Part shown: positions 60,880-64,000 of the stretch, in pieces
Position numbering within the stretch: position 1 is the first letter of the stretch
Layout of the letters: every line of letters starts with the position of its first letter
From: Narcine bancroftii
Lineage: Eukaryota
NCBI RefSeq assembly: GCF_036971445.1
Contig: NC_091474.1
Coordinates: forward strand, 217,000,001-217,064,000
Direction of reading: 5' to 3'
Length of the DNA stretch: 64,000 nt
Translations under genes and position numbers: made by a program
Notes under the pieces: generated by a model
The model's database searches: none
What the model was told of the DNA's origin: nothing
The model's input: only the letters and a program-made list of their open reading frames with translations

Positions 60880-61890
60880 CTCATGTTCCAAGCCCTGGAC
60901 ATTGCCCCATACCAGGTCACTACAGTGGACTTCGCTGGAGGAGTCGTGGGTAAGGTGTGCACTACTTTGAAGCTGATCTTTAGTACTGCTATAGATGAGA
61001 GAGCCTCACCCCTGTTATGAGTGTGTGTTAGTAACGTAATTATTACCTAACACTGAGCCACACCCCAAGGTACAGTGATTGGGAATGCCTGCCGAAGTCC
61101 CTGTTTGTAAGTGTGTACACATGCATGAGCATGTAGAAGATAGGCTTCCACTGGTATCAGAGTCCAATCTGGGTCTGATGTGAATGTCTATATAGTTGTT
61201 TAATAGCAGAGTAGTTGAGTATCATTTGACATTCTCCTGTTTGTTTCCTGTGCATTCAATAAAATTACCAGTAATTGTAACACATGTCCAGGCTTTGTCT
61301 CTGTGAACCACCAAACCTGATTCTCTTCCAAACACAAGAAATGGTGCTGCAAACAGGCTTCAAAGAGTTTCAGCTAGACACACGTAGAGTGCTTACCATG
61401 TGGGNNNNNNNNNNNNNNNNNNNNNNNNNNNNNNNNNNNNNNNNNNNNNNNNNNNNNNNNNNNNNNNNNNNNNNNNNNNNNNNNNNNNNNNNNNNNNNNN
61501 NNNNNNNNNNNNNNNNNNNNNNNNNNNNNNNNNNNNNNNNNNNNNNNNNNNNNNNNNNNNNNNNNNNNNNNNNNNNNNNNNNNNNNNNNNNNNNNNNNNN
61601 NNNNNNNNNNNNNNCACCAACAGGGACTGCAGGAGGCGACTCACACCTAGTAAAAGAACCCTAGGTTCAGAATATAAAATTCCTGGGTGGACCAATGACT
61701 GTCAGGGGTTCAGCCATTTGGCAGCGTGGTTGGCAAACCACGCCATGCTAGTCAACTGGATCAACAGGCTGTGCCCCCCCCCCATGGAGAGAAGATAGGG
61801 CACCACATGGTCTCCCTCCTGGAGGAATCAGGGATTCCTGTGATCCCTACTAAAGTGCCAATGGGGTTTCATGTCCAATTTAAGTAGAAG
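60880..61890 (+). mobile_element. Gypsy-type LTR retrotransposon fragments (integrase remnant, LTR 61014-~61340, PBS-like TGGTG), gap inside
   Basis: ccctgg...gtggacttcgctgga (PW..VDFAG integrase-like); TGTTATG start, AATAAA at 61258, then aaTGGTGCTG. Confidence 0.55.
61405..61614. other. Assembly gap (N run)
   Basis: Ns. Confidence 1.
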
Positions 61891-61914
61891 AGCACCCAGA
61901 AAAATGAGCAAATT

Positions 61915-62520
61915 GTATAATTAGAGTCCTGTCAAGAGCATCCTCACTGTCTGTATCATAGTGTGGTATGACTGCTGCAGAGAAATCGATTGGTGGTCAA
62001 TCCACAGGACCTTAAGAGTAGCAGAGGGGGTCACTGGAGTTTCCCTCCTCCCCCCCCACCCCCACCAACGTGATCTACCAGGATCATTTCCTGAAGAGGG
62101 CTTGCAAAATTATTAAGGACCCCTAGCACCCCACACATACCATCTTCCAGCTACTCCCATCAGGAAAGAGATACAGGAGAATCAGAGCCAGAACCACCAG
62201 GCTGAGAATCACCTTATTTCCATGGACAGTGAGGCTATTGAACGACCAATGAACTGCTCGCGCTGCTGATACAATCCCTCAGAGAATCTACTATTATTTA
62301 ACAATCTTTTTTGTATATGTACTGCATATAAATTGCTTGTAAATATGCGTGCTATGCCTATATGTGTTTACATGTTTTTACGCAGAGGACTAAAGAGCAC
62401 CGTTTTGTCCAGTTGTACTTTTCAGATGTATAATAATGATAAATGAACTTCAGATTTCAGATTTAATTCAGATTTCAGATTTAGTGCATGCACGATATCA
62501 CATACAACTCTGAGATTCTT
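61915..62520 (+). mobile_element. Rex1/Babar LINE 3' portion
   Basis: gagcatcctcactgtctgtatcatagtgtggtatg...aaggacccc..cacccc..ctactcccatcaggaaagagatacagg. Confidence 0.75.
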
Positions 62521-63254
62521 GAACTTGTTTGGCAATTTCAAATGATCCAATTAGCACAAATGGAATTCGCTGTAGAAGAACGCCAAAGACTTCATACATA
62601 AGGCCATCAGAGCTATGACAATGAGATTGAAAGAAATGTAGTTTGAGGCAATCCTTCAAATGATCGACTGAGCAGCTTTAGCTGTTGTTTTATTTTTGGT
62701 AAGATAAAAGAAGACATATATCCTATTGGCAGAAAATACCATCTTCACGTTGAAGTCACAACATTTCTGGTAGTGATTTTCTGAGCAGATGACATGTTTT
62801 GATGCGATTTAAATATATTTTCCATCTCTGTGAAGTGCCTTAGGATATTTCCAGTGTAACGGCATTTTATGAATACAACTAGGGAATTTGGAAACGAGTG
62901 AAGGAAGTTAAATAAGCACCCTTTCATGTAAATATTTTATAAGACGAGTGCTCAGAAATGCCTATGAGTGTCTTCCAGCCCTCCAACAGATGGAATACTC
63001 CACTGTAAAAAATCTCTGTTGCTCTCAATTCATGTTGCTGCACAGGCATTCGGAGTTTGTGAATATAGAACTACTGTTTTTTTCCAATTGAATGCACAGG
63101 GAGATACATTCATTACAAAGATGGAATTCAAAATAATCTTCAAATGTTGAGAACCATTTAATCTCAAATCCTGCTAAATTGAATCAAAATGGTTTGTCAC
63201 TGGGAGCTAAGTTAACTAGTTGTTTTATTGTTGATGCTATAGACCCTCAGACAT

Positions 63255-63470
63255 CTGCGGCACTATTAACGTTTAAGTTAACGCACCGCTGTTACAGCGT
63301 CAGTGACCCAGCTTTGAATCCGGTACTGTCTGAAAGCAGTTTGTACATTCTCTCCATGTTTGCATGGGTTTCCTCCACTTTCCTCCAACCCTTCAAAACA
63401 TTTGGGGGTTGTAGGTTAATTGTGTGGCATGGGCTTGTAGGCTGGAAGGGCCTGTTACCGTGCTGTGTAT
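63255..63470 (+). mobile_element. HE1-type V-SINE
   Basis: gttacagcgtcagtgacccagctttgaatcc...gtttgtacattctctccatgtttgcatgggtttcctcc...ggaagggcctgttaccgtgctg. Confidence 0.85.
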
Positions 63471-63471
63471 C

Positions 63472-63664
63472 TGATGCACCATCAATTATCACAAAAGACT
63501 GAAGTTGTGAAACTGATAGGCTTTTATTAACTATAGTCTGGAACAGCCGTCAACCTCCATACAGAGTGGAATGGGGAGCCTGCAAAGGGCTATGGGTAGA
63601 ATCGGTCTTGGGAGGAGTGTCCAGCCGGCAGCAGCCAATCAAAGCGTAACAGTGGTTTAGCTCA
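63472..63664 (-). mobile_element. Probable short solo LTR inserted in the SINE tail
   Basis: TG...CA ends and taggcttttatt motif shared with 57285-57492; the SINE tail (atgtctaaaaat) resumes after it. TSD is imperfect. Confidence 0.45.
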
Positions 63665-64000
63665 ATGTCTAAAAATAAATTAAAACTCTGGTGCATATTC
63701 AGAAGTGAAAATGACCATAACACCTTGTTATGTTGCAGCTGTGGCTGTGAGCACAAGTGCAAAGTGTTCTTGGATGGAAAGTTGACCAAACCTCAAGAGA
63801 AGTGAAATGTCTCAACAGACTGGAGTCCAACAGATAACCTAGGAACTAGAAGAATGGAAAATGGGTGGAAAAATTACAAGGTCCTGCATTTTTCTGGCAT
63901 TTGTGACACATATGGATCCCTCTGTACTATCAAGAATATAAACAGACCATACAATCAAGGTTGGACCCAATTACTGACTGCCAAATATGGAGGTGAACGT

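Noticed and set aside
61284-61798. ORFs spanning the N run
   Set aside because: Artefacts of the assembly gap.

Overview
Eukaryotic, vertebrate, non-coding DNA. By repeat content it is most likely a cartilaginous fish (shark/ray): it carries HE1-type V-SINEs, SacSINE1-like Deu-SINEs and abundant CR1/HER1-type LINEs. That assignment is an inference from recalled repeat consensus sequences, not a database result. No host protein-coding gene can be reconstructed; the only candidate is a possible exon end with a GTAAGT donor at 1-36. Much of the window is nested transposable elements. LINEs: one near-full-length CR1 (51.4-56.0 kb), a young 5'-truncated CR1 with an open RT frame, three nearly identical young RTE copies, an internally deleted L1-clade element, and Rex1/Babar and Penelope relics. 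Also present: SINEs, solo LTRs with 5-bp TSDs, and hAT, Tc1/mariner-pogo and PIF/Harbinger MITEs with readable TIRs and TSDs. Repeat-poor AT-rich blocks (about 15.8-16.3, 40.2-42.6, 47.0-47.8 and 59.4-60.8 kb) look like conserved regulatory DNA. Most notable: an RTE insertion with twin-priming-type 5' inversion bounded by an 11-bp TSD; a ~390-bp near-perfect inverted duplication of composite local sequence; decayed Penelope hammerhead ribozyme motifs; and a 129-bp tandem 5' repeat in the CR1 whose splice-donor-like site sits in a hairpin. I found no convincing evidence for a wholly new biological system. Two assembly gaps (N runs) are present.
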